A stretch of DNA of 57,506 nucleotides from positions 1-57,506 of IMG/VR virus record IMGVR_UViG_3300001336_000007, one strand, 5' to 3'. Position 1 is the stretch's first letter; each line of letters starts with the position of its first letter. Shown one piece after another: positions 1 through 9,454 of this stretch. The DNA is from a virus. Its lineage: Duplodnaviria > Caudoviricetes. The notes beneath the pieces were generated by a model. That model was not told the DNA's origin, did no database searches, and saw nothing but the letters and a program-made list of their open reading frames with translations. Both the position numbers and the translations under genes were made by a program.

Positions 1-97
1 AATGTGGAGACAGTTTGTGTCAGATTTTACCAACCAAGCGGGGAATTGATATGGGAAGAGTAAGCCAAGAATCGAGGCTTGTTTAAGGAGACATCAA
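1..97. repeat. Terminal 97-bp direct repeat (copy 1), probably a circular assembly overlap
   Basis: 1-97 is identical to 57410-57506; the overlap cuts through the cro-like ORF. Confidence 0.95.
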
Positions 98-324
98 TGA
101 ATCAAGGCTGGCTAAACATAACGCAATCGGCAGCCTATGCCGGGGTAAATCGAAAGACAATGGCGGTATGGATCAACGAGGGACTGAAACACAGCAGAAT
201 AGGAACACTCGTCAGAGTCAAGCCGGAAAACATCGACGAGTATATCGAAAATTTCGAAAAGACATCAAGTCTCGATTCCGTGCTTGATGGGATCGTCGGC
301 AAAAAACGGAGAAAAGTAAAATGA
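97..324 (+). CDS. xis: Excisionase-like helix-turn-helix DNA-binding protein (HTH_17)
   Basis: WLNITQSAAYAGVNRKTMAVWINEGLKHSRIGTLVRV is a typical Xis pattern; AAGGAG RBS before ATG 97; follows cro across the junction. Confidence 0.75.
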   Translation: MNQGWLNITQSAAYAGVNRKTMAVWINEGLKHSRIGTLVRVKPENIDEYIENFEKTSSLDSVLDGIVGKKRRKVK

Positions 325-446
325 AACTCAAATTTAAGAACGTACTCGAAACAGCAGCATTTTCGGCAATAATCGGCGGCGTATTTTTCCTTGCGGCCTC
401 CGTCTTTTTTGTCCAGCTAGCTCAATACGGGTGGGTGATGCCATGA
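321..446 (+). CDS. Small membrane protein (41 aa, below the ORF-track cutoff)
   Basis: MKLKFKNVLETAAFSAIIGGVFFLAASVFFVQLAQYGWVMP; ATGA overlaps at both ends. Confidence 0.55.
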   Translation: MKLKFKNVLETAAFSAIIGGVFFLAASVFFVQLAQYGWVMP

Positions 447-631
447 GACGAGCAGACCGATCAAACGCAGACCGATTTACCGTTTATACCCGTAGCCGAC
501 ACAGCGCGGAAATTGCGCGGCGGCACAGGGAGGAGGCAGAGCGGACGCGCAGCGAGATCAATTGGCGCTTTCTTGCCGTCTCCGTTGCGGTCGTTGCGGC
601 ATGGGCTATCGTATTGGGGGTAATGATATGA
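443..631 (+). CDS. Small protein with C-terminal TM helix
   Basis: ATGA-coupled to neighbours; hydrophobic C-terminus. Confidence 0.55.
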   Translation: MRRADRSNADRFTVYTRSRHSAEIARRHREEAERTRSEINWRFLAVSVAVVAAWAIVLGVMI

Positions 632-972
632 TCAGCGACAAACCAATCCCGACAAAGTTTCTGTCCCTTGAGCCCAAGATGCTGATGTCGGACAGCAACA
701 CAAGAGGGCAACGGATGCACAAGTGCTATCTCACCGATGTTGGTTGGCTTAACGTCCGGGAGATGGAACGACGAACGGGCGTTAATCACAACACCATAGC
801 GACCAGGATATACCGCTACGGGGCAGGCGTGGAAGGGATTTTTGGTAAAAACCTGTCACTCACTCCAACCGGGAACGGTTCGCCGGATTGGAAAAACTTG
901 AGTGGTAAACCGAGAACAGGAAACTTGGCGAAGATAAGGCCAGAATCAAAGTGGGAAAGGGAGAATTTATAA
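628..972 (+). CDS. Hypothetical protein with HTH-like segment
   Basis: LNVREMERRTGVNHNTIATRIYR; coupled to neighbours. Confidence 0.55.
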   Translation: MISDKPIPTKFLSLEPKMLMSDSNTRGQRMHKCYLTDVGWLNVREMERRTGVNHNTIATRIYRYGAGVEGIFGKNLSLTPTGNGSPDWKNLSGKPRTGNLAKIRPESKWERENL

Positions 973-1451
973 TGAAGAGTATCTACATACCAGGCATACC
1001 GGACAGCAAAATGCGTCCGCGGACTACCAAGCGTGGCCATGTCTACGACCCGAACGCGCAGAAGAAAGAAGCATCCATTCAGAAGGCCGTGCTGACCGGA
1101 GACGCAGAGGTATATGAAGGTCCGCTCTATGTCATGTTCACCTTTGTTTTCCCCAGGCCGAAAAAGCATTACCGGACCGGCAAGAAGAGCCACATGCTCA
1201 GAGACGACGCGCCGTTGTTTTGGGACACATCAACAGTGGCGAAAGACGGCGATAATATGGAGAAATTCTATTGCGATTCATTTAACTCCATTCATTACCG
1301 CGACGACCGGCAGATCGTCAAGGCCGAACACTTTAAGAGATGGGCTTTTGAACCGCTCACTGGCGGTGAGATACCGCATGTCGAGATGGAAATCTACGAA
1401 GTCGGCAAAGAAGTTGAAATAGACGGCTTCGGCAAAGTTCGATTCTTCTAA
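972..1451 (+). CDS. rusA: RusA-family Holliday junction resolvase
   Basis: KMRPR...YDP N-terminus; DGDNMEKFYCDSFNSIHYRDDRQIV catalytic motif. Confidence 0.85.
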   Translation: MKSIYIPGIPDSKMRPRTTKRGHVYDPNAQKKEASIQKAVLTGDAEVYEGPLYVMFTFVFPRPKKHYRTGKKSHMLRDDAPLFWDTSTVAKDGDNMEKFYCDSFNSIHYRDDRQIVKAEHFKRWAFEPLTGGEIPHVEMEIYEVGKEVEIDGFGKVRFF

Positions 1452-1477
1452 AATCAAAATCACCAAGGGGGCTTGAA

Positions 1478-1633
1478 ATGCAACAGAAATACACCGGCCA
1501 TATTGCGGCCGCAGTGCTGATAAACGCGCTCACCCAGGTAGATGACGGATTCACAAGAGAAGCACCAAAAAAGCAGACGAACACCCGCAAAGCCAAAAAG
1601 GCCAGGTGGAAGAGAAGCATTACCTGGATGTAG
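1478..1633 (+). CDS. Small basic hypothetical protein (51 aa)
   Basis: AAGGGGG RBS; fills the gap in a + strand operon. Confidence 0.4.
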   Translation: MQQKYTGHIAAAVLINALTQVDDGFTREAPKKQTNTRKAKKARWKRSITWM

Positions 1634-1682
1634 GGGCGATAGTCGCCATAACAATAAATAAGAGTATAAAGGAATTCACAAA

Positions 1683-2087
1683 ATGGAAGAAAAAACACAA
1701 GAAGAAACGGCATCAGAACAGATCGAAGCCACCATCCATCAGTCGGCAATCGTGACATGCTCGCTATTTATCTCAGAACTGCAACGGGCAAACGAGAAAT
1801 ACCCGGTTGTTTTCCGGTCATCAATCGAGGCGCTCGGATCGATCCACAAACAGTGCATGATGCTGGAGCATGAAATTGCCAGCGTCAGGTCATGCGACGG
1901 GACCGTACTCGATGAAGAATCAGTCAACACCGAGGCTATCAAACGCGAAATCATCCAGCTCGGGGCAATGTGCCTGAAAACGGCATACTCACTGTGCAAT
2001 CTGGAAAAAGAGTGTGCTGAATTTTCGGAAACTCTGCGCTTGCAGACGATTGTTAACGGGATGGAGGAAGGGGAAGCAGCAGAATAA
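1683..2087 (+). CDS. Hypothetical helical protein
   Basis: AAGGA RBS; 134-aa ORF in operon. Confidence 0.65.
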   Translation: MEEKTQEETASEQIEATIHQSAIVTCSLFISELQRANEKYPVVFRSSIEALGSIHKQCMMLEHEIASVRSCDGTVLDEESVNTEAIKREIIQLGAMCLKTAYSLCNLEKECAEFSETLRLQTIVNGMEEGEAAE

Positions 2088-2122
2088 AAAACCCGGCAGG
2101 AAGCGGCAACTTCCAGCCGGGA
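2087..2122. terminator. Hairpin with A-tract on the left (minus-strand terminator-like)
   Basis: AAAAA-CCCGGC-AGGAAG-cggcaa-CTTCC-AGCCGGG. Confidence 0.45.
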
Positions 2123-2155
2123 GACGAAAAACAGAACCATGTGAAGGATAACAAA

Positions 2156-2467
2156 ATGCAGAAAAAAAGCAACACAGAATTAAGGGATCTGGCCGGAGAG
2201 ATCTACATCGAGGCCGAGGTTATGCCGGGAGCCGGGGGTAAGACGGAGTTGCAGCGTATAAAATCCGTCTCCTGCATGATCGGCGGAAAGGGCAAGACGG
2301 TCCATATCAACCTCAACGATTTCAGGGACCGGAGCGGAAACAAGATACAGAACATCATTGAGCAGGAAGCAGCAACCATCGAGGCATTGATCGACATGCA
2401 GGACCAGGCAGAGAAAGCAGAAGCAGAGGCCACCAAATCCGAAGATATTTTAAGGAGATATATATAA
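2156..2467 (+). CDS. Hypothetical protein
   Basis: AAGGA RBS before ATG; operon context; start approximate. Confidence 0.6.
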   Translation: MQKKSNTELRDLAGEIYIEAEVMPGAGGKTELQRIKSVSCMIGGKGKTVHINLNDFRDRSGNKIQNIIEQEAATIEALIDMQDQAEKAEAEATKSEDILRRYI

Positions 2468-2470
2468 TAC

Positions 2471-3682
2471 ATGGGAAATTTAGCAACAGTGATAGACCAG
2501 GAAGGACCGGAGGGAGTAATCGACATCACCCCCGAAGATTTACTGAGTAGTCGGGTAGTCAAATATAATGTCACCTTCGCGCAGATAGCCAAGTTGCGCA
2601 CCGAGTATGCAGTCGTTCCCGAAGATCTGAGCGTCAAGGAAAACTATGCAATGGTCAAAAAGGCAGCTTCTCATTTGCGGGGGCTGAGGACCGACGTGGA
2701 AAAACGCCGGAAAGAGCTGAAAGCAGATGCACTGGCATGGGGCAAGAAGGTTGACGGGGCGGCGAAAAAGTTAACTTCGAAACTGGTCGAGATCGAAGAA
2801 CCTTTCTCGCTCGCGAAGAAGGACTACGACACCGCCGAAGAAATCCGCAAGCGGGAGATTGCCATTGCCGAAGAGAGGCGGGTTGATGGTATTGCCGAAC
2901 GGATAGCCGGGATAAAGGCACTTGTCGAAGCAAATATTTCATCTGATTCAGCGACCATCAAAGCAATTCTGGATCGTTTCTCTTTCGATGACGTTCCATA
3001 TGTAACATGGGCCATGGAGTTCGCTGACAAGGCAGAGATTGCTACCAAGGAAACCGTAGCCAAACTGGAAGAACTCTACAGCCTGAAATCTCAACAGGAA
3101 ACTTTCGCCAAGCAGCAGGCCGAAGTCGAAGCAAAACGCATTGCAGAAGAAGATTTCGCCAGGAGGCAACGGGAACTGGCGGCAGAGGTTGAACGGGCCC
3201 GCCTAGAAGCCGAACGGGCAGCAATGGCCGCCGAGGTCGAAAAGATGAGAAAAGCCGCTGAAGAATTGGCCGCGTTCAATGCCGCGAAAGAAGCCGAACG
3301 AGAAGAGGCAGCAGAGGCGGAACGTTTGAAACTGGTTGAAGAACAGGCAGCAAGAGAGGCTTTGGCCAGGGCAGGGCAGGAAAAGAAGGATAAAGAGCGC
3401 GATGAATCTGAGGCTTACGCAGAGAATGAACGGCTGAAAATGGTCGCTGAAATAGAGGCCATGAAGAAGGCGCAGGAGGTTAAGGAAACGCCGGTTGTTG
3501 AGCCTGTCATTCAAAAGACACCTATAACCACCACGCCGGAAATCACAACACCAACGGAAGATTACCGGGCAGCCGGCAATGCCATGATGCAATTCATTGG
3601 CAACAAAATAACAACCAAAAACTTACTTGATTCGATCATCAACGGGGATGTCCCCAACATTAAATTCACCGGAGAAGTGTAA
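2471..3682 (+). CDS. Coiled-coil protein (DUF1351-like N-terminus) of the recombination module
   Basis: LRGLRTDVEKRRKELKADAL motif followed by a long E/A/R-rich coil; AGGAG RBS. Confidence 0.7.
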   Translation: MGNLATVIDQEGPEGVIDITPEDLLSSRVVKYNVTFAQIAKLRTEYAVVPEDLSVKENYAMVKKAASHLRGLRTDVEKRRKELKADALAWGKKVDGAAKKLTSKLVEIEEPFSLAKKDYDTAEEIRKREIAIAEERRVDGIAERIAGIKALVEANISSDSATIKAILDRFSFDDVPYVTWAMEFADKAEIATKETVAKLEELYSLKSQQETFAKQQAEVEAKRIAEEDFARRQRELAAEVERARLEAERAAMAAEVEKMRKAAEELAAFNAAKEAEREEAAEAERLKLVEEQAAREALARAGQEKKDKERDESEAYAENERLKMVAEIEAMKKAQEVKETPVVEPVIQKTPITTTPEITTPTEDYRAAGNAMMQFIGNKITTKNLLDSIINGDVPNIKFTGEV

Positions 3683-3683
3683 C

Positions 3684-4505
3684 ATGCCAAGTAAAAACGA
3701 AGTAGCCACCATCGACCAAACCACCACCGCAGCAGCCGTATACCAGGGACCAGTTGAAACCGGTCTTGAAGAGATGGATGCAGGGGATTTAATTATCCCG
3801 AGAATGTCCATTACTCAACCGACATCACCGGACATCGACGCGGCGAATCAGGGAAAATTCCTGGTGAATATCACCGGCGACTTTCAGGAAACAATGACCG
3901 CTGTGCTTATCAAGCTGTCAAAGTCTCGAATCCTGTTTCCGGAAAAATACAAGCGTGACAACGAGCCCCTTTGTCGCTCCCATGATTTCAAAGTGCCTGC
4001 TAACGATATCCCTGGTGCAACACCAATGGCGGAATCTTGCGCGCTGTTGCCACTGGCGAACGGCGAGAAGAAACAAAAACACGCCTGTCCGTATGCCAAC
4101 TGGACCGTAGACGACAAGGGAAAGCCTGTTCCGCCTCGATGCCAGGAAACATGGAATACGCTGATTGTCGATCTGGAATCATATATGCCGATGTTTTTCT
4201 CGCTGAAATCGGCGGCACTGAAACCACTGCGTAAGATCGTATCAGCTATCTCAATGATTGCCCGTGCAAAGAACGTCCCTATGTGGTCGTTGAAGTTCGA
4301 CATGGCGATTGAAAAGGTCACAAACGACTCAGGCACCTTTTATATCCCCACTTTCAACGGGCTTTCCGCACTGGAAAAAGACGATGCCGAGAACATGGCC
4401 GCGATTCGCCAACAACTTGCCGGGGTGAATATCAGCGAGAACGACGCCGAACCGGAAGCACCGACGGAAGCAGGAAAGACTGAAAGAGATACCTCAGCGT
4501 TCTAA
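3684..4505 (+). CDS. Putative ssDNA-binding/annealing protein
   Basis: GLEEMDAGDLIIPRMSITQPTSP N-terminal motif; acidic tail ending in F as in phage SSBs. Confidence 0.55.
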   Translation: MPSKNEVATIDQTTTAAAVYQGPVETGLEEMDAGDLIIPRMSITQPTSPDIDAANQGKFLVNITGDFQETMTAVLIKLSKSRILFPEKYKRDNEPLCRSHDFKVPANDIPGATPMAESCALLPLANGEKKQKHACPYANWTVDDKGKPVPPRCQETWNTLIVDLESYMPMFFSLKSAALKPLRKIVSAISMIARAKNVPMWSLKFDMAIEKVTNDSGTFYIPTFNGLSALEKDDAENMAAIRQQLAGVNISENDAEPEAPTEAGKTERDTSAF

Positions 4506-4538
4506 GATAATCCAGACATAAGGCATAAGTATTTAATC

Positions 4539-4574
4539 AAGATCCTGTGTTTCTAAGGGGACACAGGATCTTTT
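4539..4574 (+). terminator. Intrinsic terminator
   Basis: AAGATCCTGTGT-loop-ACACAGGATCTT followed by T residues. Confidence 0.7.
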
Positions 4575-4591
4575 CACTTCAAGGAAACGAT

Positions 4592-4933
4592 ATGACAGAA
4601 ACAGACCCAACAGGCAAAGCACCATCAGACCCAGGCGCCAAGCTCGACGACGGTAAACCGAAATGCGCGCAAATTCTCCGCATGTTCTCCCGGGCATTGT
4701 GGGAAGTCTCCCGCGTCGGCACCTTCGGAGCAGCCAAGTACAGTATGGGCGGTTGGCAGTTTGTGGAGGATGGCGTCAACAGATACGCGGATGCCGAAAT
4801 GCGTCATTGGCTCAAGCGAGGCATGGGGCATGAGTTCGATGCTGATTCTGAGTTGCTGCATCTCTCGCAAGAGTGCTGGAACAAGCTCGCAGAACTGGAG
4901 CTTTACTTGCGCGAGCAGGAGGAGGACAAATGA
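4592..4933 (+). CDS. dATP/dGTP diphosphohydrolase domain protein (DUF5664)
   Basis: GAKLDDGKP...EVSRVGTFGAAKY..GGW..V..G..RYADAEMRH signature. Confidence 0.85.
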   Translation: MTETDPTGKAPSDPGAKLDDGKPKCAQILRMFSRALWEVSRVGTFGAAKYSMGGWQFVEDGVNRYADAEMRHWLKRGMGHEFDADSELLHLSQECWNKLAELELYLREQEEDK

Positions 4934-5598
4934 TTAAGGCATGTGTACTCGGATCAGGATCAAAAGGTAATTGTATCTACATCCAAGTAGACTACCAACA
5001 TCTATTGATCGACTGCGGCTTCACCAAAAAACAAACAATCTGTCGCCTGGCCATGATCGGCAGACGGCTTGAAGATATCGACAATATTTACATTACGCAC
5101 GACCACAAAGACCATTGTGCGCCGTGGATTATGAAAGAAAATCGTGTTCCGGGATTGTTGCCAAAGAATATCCGGCAATTTCCACTCTCTCACGATTCAG
5201 AATGTGTCGGCTACACCATCACCGATAAGGACGGCAATAAAGCGGTAATCGCGGTTGATACCGGCTGTATCAGCGAAGAGGCACTGAAACATTTCTTTGA
5301 TGCTTCCATGATCCTTATCGAAACGAACTACGATGTTTTTATGTTGGCCAAAGGCAAATACGGAGTTGATTTACTTGAAAGGATTGCTAGCGATAAAGGC
5401 CACCTGAGAAATGAATGTGCATCTGAGGTTATCGAGTTGGTTGATAACCAAAACCTCCGATACGTGGTGTGTATGCACATGAGCAGTAGCAATAACAATC
5501 CTGTATTGGCAAGGTTCTGTATGAAATCGACCGGGACAAAAGCAGAGGTGGTTATGAGTGAACAGAATAAGCCAACAAAACTGATGGTGGTGATATGA
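4930..5598 (+). CDS. MBL-fold metallo-hydrolase (YycJ/WalJ-like)
   Basis: LGSGSKGNC, IDCG, THDHKDH, ETNYD and GHL motifs. Confidence 0.9.
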   Translation: MIKACVLGSGSKGNCIYIQVDYQHLLIDCGFTKKQTICRLAMIGRRLEDIDNIYITHDHKDHCAPWIMKENRVPGLLPKNIRQFPLSHDSECVGYTITDKDGNKAVIAVDTGCISEEALKHFFDASMILIETNYDVFMLAKGKYGVDLLERIASDKGHLRNECASEVIELVDNQNLRYVVCMHMSSSNNNPVLARFCMKSTGTKAEVVMSEQNKPTKLMVVI

Positions 5599-6296
5599 CA
5601 AAAGAAAATGGAAACATATTTGTCGGGGAAAGGTTCGGGATGCTTGTTGTAATCGCGGATGGTGGGCGCAATAAACATGGGCAGGTCAGGGTTGTAGCTG
5701 TTTGTGACTGCGGAAACGAAAAAGAATTTTCGTTATATCATCTCAAAAGCAAGCATACGTCTTCTTGTGGATGCAATAGAGCAATCTCTACGATTGCCAC
5801 ACACACAACTCACGGGAAGTCAAAGGACAAGCTCTATTACGTGTGGAACAACATGAAAGAGAGATGCCGCAAAGAGAATCATAAAGACTATCACTATTAT
5901 GGCGGTAAAGGAGTGATCGTCTGTGATGAATGGAATAACGACTTTTCCGCTTTTTGTCAGTTTGCCATAAACAATGGATATATTGAGGGGTTGCAAATTG
6001 ACAGGATTGATAACAACAAAGGTTACGGTCCGGATAACTGTAGGTTTGTGACACGAAAAGTAAATATGAATAACACCAGATTGCTAAGTACGACAAATAC
6101 ATCAGGATATAGAGGGGTTTATTATGATAAGAACAAAAACAAATTTTGTTCTTATGGGTCCATATCTGGATATAAAAAATTCTATAAGAGAGGCTTTCTA
6201 ACAGCAAAGGAAGCGGCTGTATACAGAGATAATTATTACCGAAACCTGGGTGTTGAGACTGTCTTTAATTTTCAAGAGGCAACGTCACGGACATGA
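5595..6296 (+). CDS. HNH-type homing-endonuclease-like protein with AP2-like C-terminal domain
   Basis: CDCG, SCGC, YGGKGVIVCDEW, IDRIDNNKGYGPDNCRFVT, NTSGYRGV; visibly AT-richer than flanks. Confidence 0.8.
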   Translation: MTKENGNIFVGERFGMLVVIADGGRNKHGQVRVVAVCDCGNEKEFSLYHLKSKHTSSCGCNRAISTIATHTTHGKSKDKLYYVWNNMKERCRKENHKDYHYYGGKGVIVCDEWNNDFSAFCQFAINNGYIEGLQIDRIDNNKGYGPDNCRFVTRKVNMNNTRLLSTTNTSGYRGVYYDKNKNKFCSYGSISGYKKFYKRGFLTAKEAAVYRDNYYRNLGVETVFNFQEATSRT

Positions 6297-7201
6297 CCAA
6301 ACCGAAAACAACCATATCGGGCGAAATATCAACCATCAGGTTTCGTAATTCAGAGAACTGGTCAGTCTTTGTTATCAAGGATATGTCCACAGGCCATATA
6401 ACCACCTGCACTGGAACACTGGCGGCAATGATCGATGTCGGCACGGAAGTAACGGCAACCGGCACCAAGGAAGACAGCAAATACGGCCAGCAGCTAAAGT
6501 GCGAGAAGATCGTTCCAGCTGCTCCAGATGTCTCCACCGATGCCGGGGTAGTTAAGCTCCTGCAGCGCCTGCCCGGTATCGGACCAAAGAAAGCCATGCA
6601 GGCAGTACAGAAATTCGGCCATGAAGAGGCCTGGAAACTGGCCTGCACCGACCCGGAAAAGATAGGCGTCAAGACCGAGCACAGAGAAGCAGCCCTGGCC
6701 ATTTCAGCGACATTGCTCGAATCGTATGAGGCTACTGTTTATCTCCTGAGTATCGGCCTGACTGACCACCAGGCCGCGATCATCTACCGGGAGTACCAGG
6801 AGAAGACAATCGAGACAGTCTCGAACAATCCTTATTGGATGACCGAGATAGACGGTTTTGGCTTTCTCACTGTAGACAAGATAGCCCTCAAGGCCGGAAT
6901 GAGTGTCAGCAACCAAGCCAGGATAGCAGCCTGTATTCTCTACACCCTCGACGATGCATCAAGCAACGGCGGTAATATCTGGCTCAACGGTTGGACCCTT
7001 GTTGATATCGTCAAAGAAACATTGACCGGCACGGCAATCAAAGCAGAGGTCTCCATGATCGATGCACCAGGAGACGACGATGTAAGAAAAATAGTTCATT
7101 ACCTGTCCGCTGAAAACAAGCTCTTTATCAGCAAGGGCCGGGTTTTCAGCAATCAATTACTACAGGCGGAAAAGAAAGTTTTAGAGTTCGTGGGGGTTTG
7201 A
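6293..7201 (+). CDS. RecD2 N-terminal (OB/HhH) domain protein
   Basis: SKYGQQLK, LPGIGPKKA, NPYWMTEIDGFGFLTVDKIA. Confidence 0.85.
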   Translation: MTKPKTTISGEISTIRFRNSENWSVFVIKDMSTGHITTCTGTLAAMIDVGTEVTATGTKEDSKYGQQLKCEKIVPAAPDVSTDAGVVKLLQRLPGIGPKKAMQAVQKFGHEEAWKLACTDPEKIGVKTEHREAALAISATLLESYEATVYLLSIGLTDHQAAIIYREYQEKTIETVSNNPYWMTEIDGFGFLTVDKIALKAGMSVSNQARIAACILYTLDDASSNGGNIWLNGWTLVDIVKETLTGTAIKAEVSMIDAPGDDDVRKIVHYLSAENKLFISKGRVFSNQLLQAEKKVLEFVGV

Positions 7202-8481
7202 CAATGGTAACACTCGATCAATCTCAACAAGCAGCAGTCGATAATATATCAAAACTGACACACAATATTCATCTCCTTATTGGGGCTGGAGGAAGCGGCA
7301 AAACCTTTACCATTCAGCACCTTCTTACTCAATTGTGGAACGACCAGGACAACGATATATCCAGCGACACAACATATCTTGCCTGTCCGACAGGCAAAGC
7401 GGCAAAGGTTTTAAATGATGCCTTCGCGCAGGACGAATTCAAGGTGAACAACGAAGCCAAGACCATTCACCGGCTACTCCAATACAACCCAGGTACCGGC
7501 GAATGGACGTACAACCAATTTAACAGACTCCCGGCAAAGCTGGTTATTCTCGATGAGGTGTCAATGGTTGATTCCCTCATGCTGGAAAAGGTTGTCGACG
7601 CTCTACCTAAAGATTGTCAGTTGATTCTTGTTGGTGACGATGAGCAATTACCACCTGTCGGGCCGGGACAGCCTTTTTCTGATCTTATCGTTCACGGCCC
7701 CCGCGAGATCATCAACAGACTGACGACAAACCACCGCCAAGCCCAGGGCTCTTTGATTGCCGGCGGTTGCCTGGACATCCTGGCTGGCCGTACGCCGACA
7801 TGGGGAACATGGGGACTTAACACCATGGGCGGAATCCTGAAAGACGATCTGTTCTTTATTGAAGAACCGGAAAAAGAAGAGATTCCCTTCATCGTTTCAG
7901 AAGTCTGCTACCCCTGGCACATGGCCGGATGTGATTATGCCGTACTTGCTCCACAGAAGACAGGGGTGTGCGGGGTGGATGCCATGAACAAGTATCTGCA
8001 GGAAACGCTTAACCCGGCAGCCGAAGACAAACCTGAAATAAATGTTGCCTGGCTTACTTTGCGGGTAGGTGACAAGGTGTTGCAGCAAAAGAACAACTAT
8101 GACCTTGGCGTATTCAATGGGTTCACCGGCATTGTGCAGGAGATAGGTATCAATTTTGACGGAGAGCAAACAATCACGGTCAACTTCGACGGGCAGATTG
8201 TCAGATATGAGGAAAAAGAGCATATCAAACAATTGACGCTTGGCTACTGTTTGACCGTCCATAAATCACAGGGTTCACAATTCAAGTATGGCGTGTTGAT
8301 CTGCCATTCATCCCATTATTATATGTGGTCGCGGTCTTTGCTCTATACAGGGGTGAGCAGGTTCCGTCAGGAGTTACATGTTGTTGGCGACCGAAAGGCA
8401 ATCAAGCGGGGGCTCAGTAATGTGGTTTCAGGCGAGAGAAATACTTTCTTGAAGTTAGCTCTTGCCGGGGAGGAAGTGTGA
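7198..8481 (+). CDS. recD: RecD-like SF1B helicase (catalytic part)
   Basis: GAGGSGKT, TIHRLL, DEVSM, GDDEQLPPVG, TVHKSQGSQF. Confidence 0.92.
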   Translation: MTMVTLDQSQQAAVDNISKLTHNIHLLIGAGGSGKTFTIQHLLTQLWNDQDNDISSDTTYLACPTGKAAKVLNDAFAQDEFKVNNEAKTIHRLLQYNPGTGEWTYNQFNRLPAKLVILDEVSMVDSLMLEKVVDALPKDCQLILVGDDEQLPPVGPGQPFSDLIVHGPREIINRLTTNHRQAQGSLIAGGCLDILAGRTPTWGTWGLNTMGGILKDDLFFIEEPEKEEIPFIVSEVCYPWHMAGCDYAVLAPQKTGVCGVDAMNKYLQETLNPAAEDKPEINVAWLTLRVGDKVLQQKNNYDLGVFNGFTGIVQEIGINFDGEQTITVNFDGQIVRYEEKEHIKQLTLGYCLTVHKSQGSQFKYGVLICHSSHYYMWSRSLLYTGVSRFRQELHVVGDRKAIKRGLSNVVSGERNTFLKLALAGEEV

Positions 8482-8488
8482 AAACACG

Positions 8489-8602
8489 ATGGATAACGAA
8501 ACGATATTCTGTTTAAAGGCTCTGCTTATAGCTGGAATAATCATGATTTTGATGGTGCTTCCTGAATGGTTCGATGACGACGACGGGACAGGGGATTGGT
8601 GA
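8489..8602 (+). CDS. Small membrane protein (37 aa)
   Basis: MDNETIFCLKALLIAGIIMILMVLPEWFDDDDGTGDW; one TM segment; fills an operon gap. Confidence 0.45.
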   Translation: MDNETIFCLKALLIAGIIMILMVLPEWFDDDDGTGDW

Positions 8603-8605
8603 AAG

Positions 8606-9454
8606 ATGAAAATTATAAGAGTTTTCCCTCGAAGAACAGCAGCAACACCGGATGACATGAACGTTCGTATTGCCTGCCCGCCATCCTTGTTTGATGAAGC
8701 CGACGAAATACATATTTCTGTTGCTTTTACTTGGGACTTGCCAATGGTCGAACGGCTTGAAAAGATGTGGCGGCAGGTTTCCCCGGTTCGGATCGGCGGT
8801 CCTGCAATGAACGAACGAGGCGGCGATTTCGTGCCCGGCAAATACGTCAAAGAAGGGTATGTGCTCACATCGCGGGGATGTCCGAACCGCTGTTGGTTCT
8901 GTCAAGTATGGCGGCGAGAGGGTGGAGAGATTCGGGAATTGCCTATAACGACCGGCTGGAATTTGCTTGATGATAACCTTCTGGCCTGCTCGGAACAGCA
9001 CCAAAAGGCGGTATTTGACATGCTGCTCGGTCAAAAGAAATCCGGTCATAGGGTTGAGCTTACCGGGGGATTAGAGGCGGCAAGGTTGCAAGATTGGCAC
9101 GTTGAAAAACTGCGGGAAATCAGGCCAAAACAGATGTTTTTTGCATATGACACGCCGGATGATCTGGAACCATTGCAGCAGGCCGGTAAAATGCTACTCG
9201 GTGCAGGGTGGACAACGGCAAGCCACACACTCCGGGCTTATGTGCTGTGCGGTTATCCAGAAGACACCATGGCGGCAGCGGCAAAACGGATGCGCGAAAC
9301 GTTGGCAGCTGGATTTGTTCCTATGGCCATGCTTTACCGAGACAGCGAAGGGAAACGCGATCCTGATTGGATGCGATGGGCGCGGCAATGGATACGACCG
9401 GCGATGATATGCAGCTCGTCTTTTGATGAATTATGTGTTGGTGATCTTATATGA
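8606..9454 (+). CDS. Radical SAM protein
   Basis: TSRGCPNRCWFC CxxxCxxC motif; LLDDNLL. Confidence 0.85.
   Translation: MKIIRVFPRRTAATPDDMNVRIACPPSLFDEADEIHISVAFTWDLPMVERLEKMWRQVSPVRIGGPAMNERGGDFVPGKYVKEGYVLTSRGCPNRCWFCQVWRREGGEIRELPITTGWNLLDDNLLACSEQHQKAVFDMLLGQKKSGHRVELTGGLEAARLQDWHVEKLREIRPKQMFFAYDTPDDLEPLQQAGKMLLGAGWTTASHTLRAYVLCGYPEDTMAAAAKRMRETLAAGFVPMAMLYRDSEGKRDPDWMRWARQWIRPAMICSSSFDELCVGDLI

Noticed and set aside
1-97. Physical direct terminal repeats of the virion DNA
   Set aside because: The exact 97-bp overlap cuts a gene and lies far from the terminase; it is better explained as a circular assembly overlap
1425-1451. FGKVR peptide at the RusA C-terminus resembling the 13624/13922 repeat
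   Set aside because: Match is too short to distinguish from chance
4592-4933. Z-genome (2-aminoadenine) pathway
   Set aside because: No purZ or dedicated polymerase recognised
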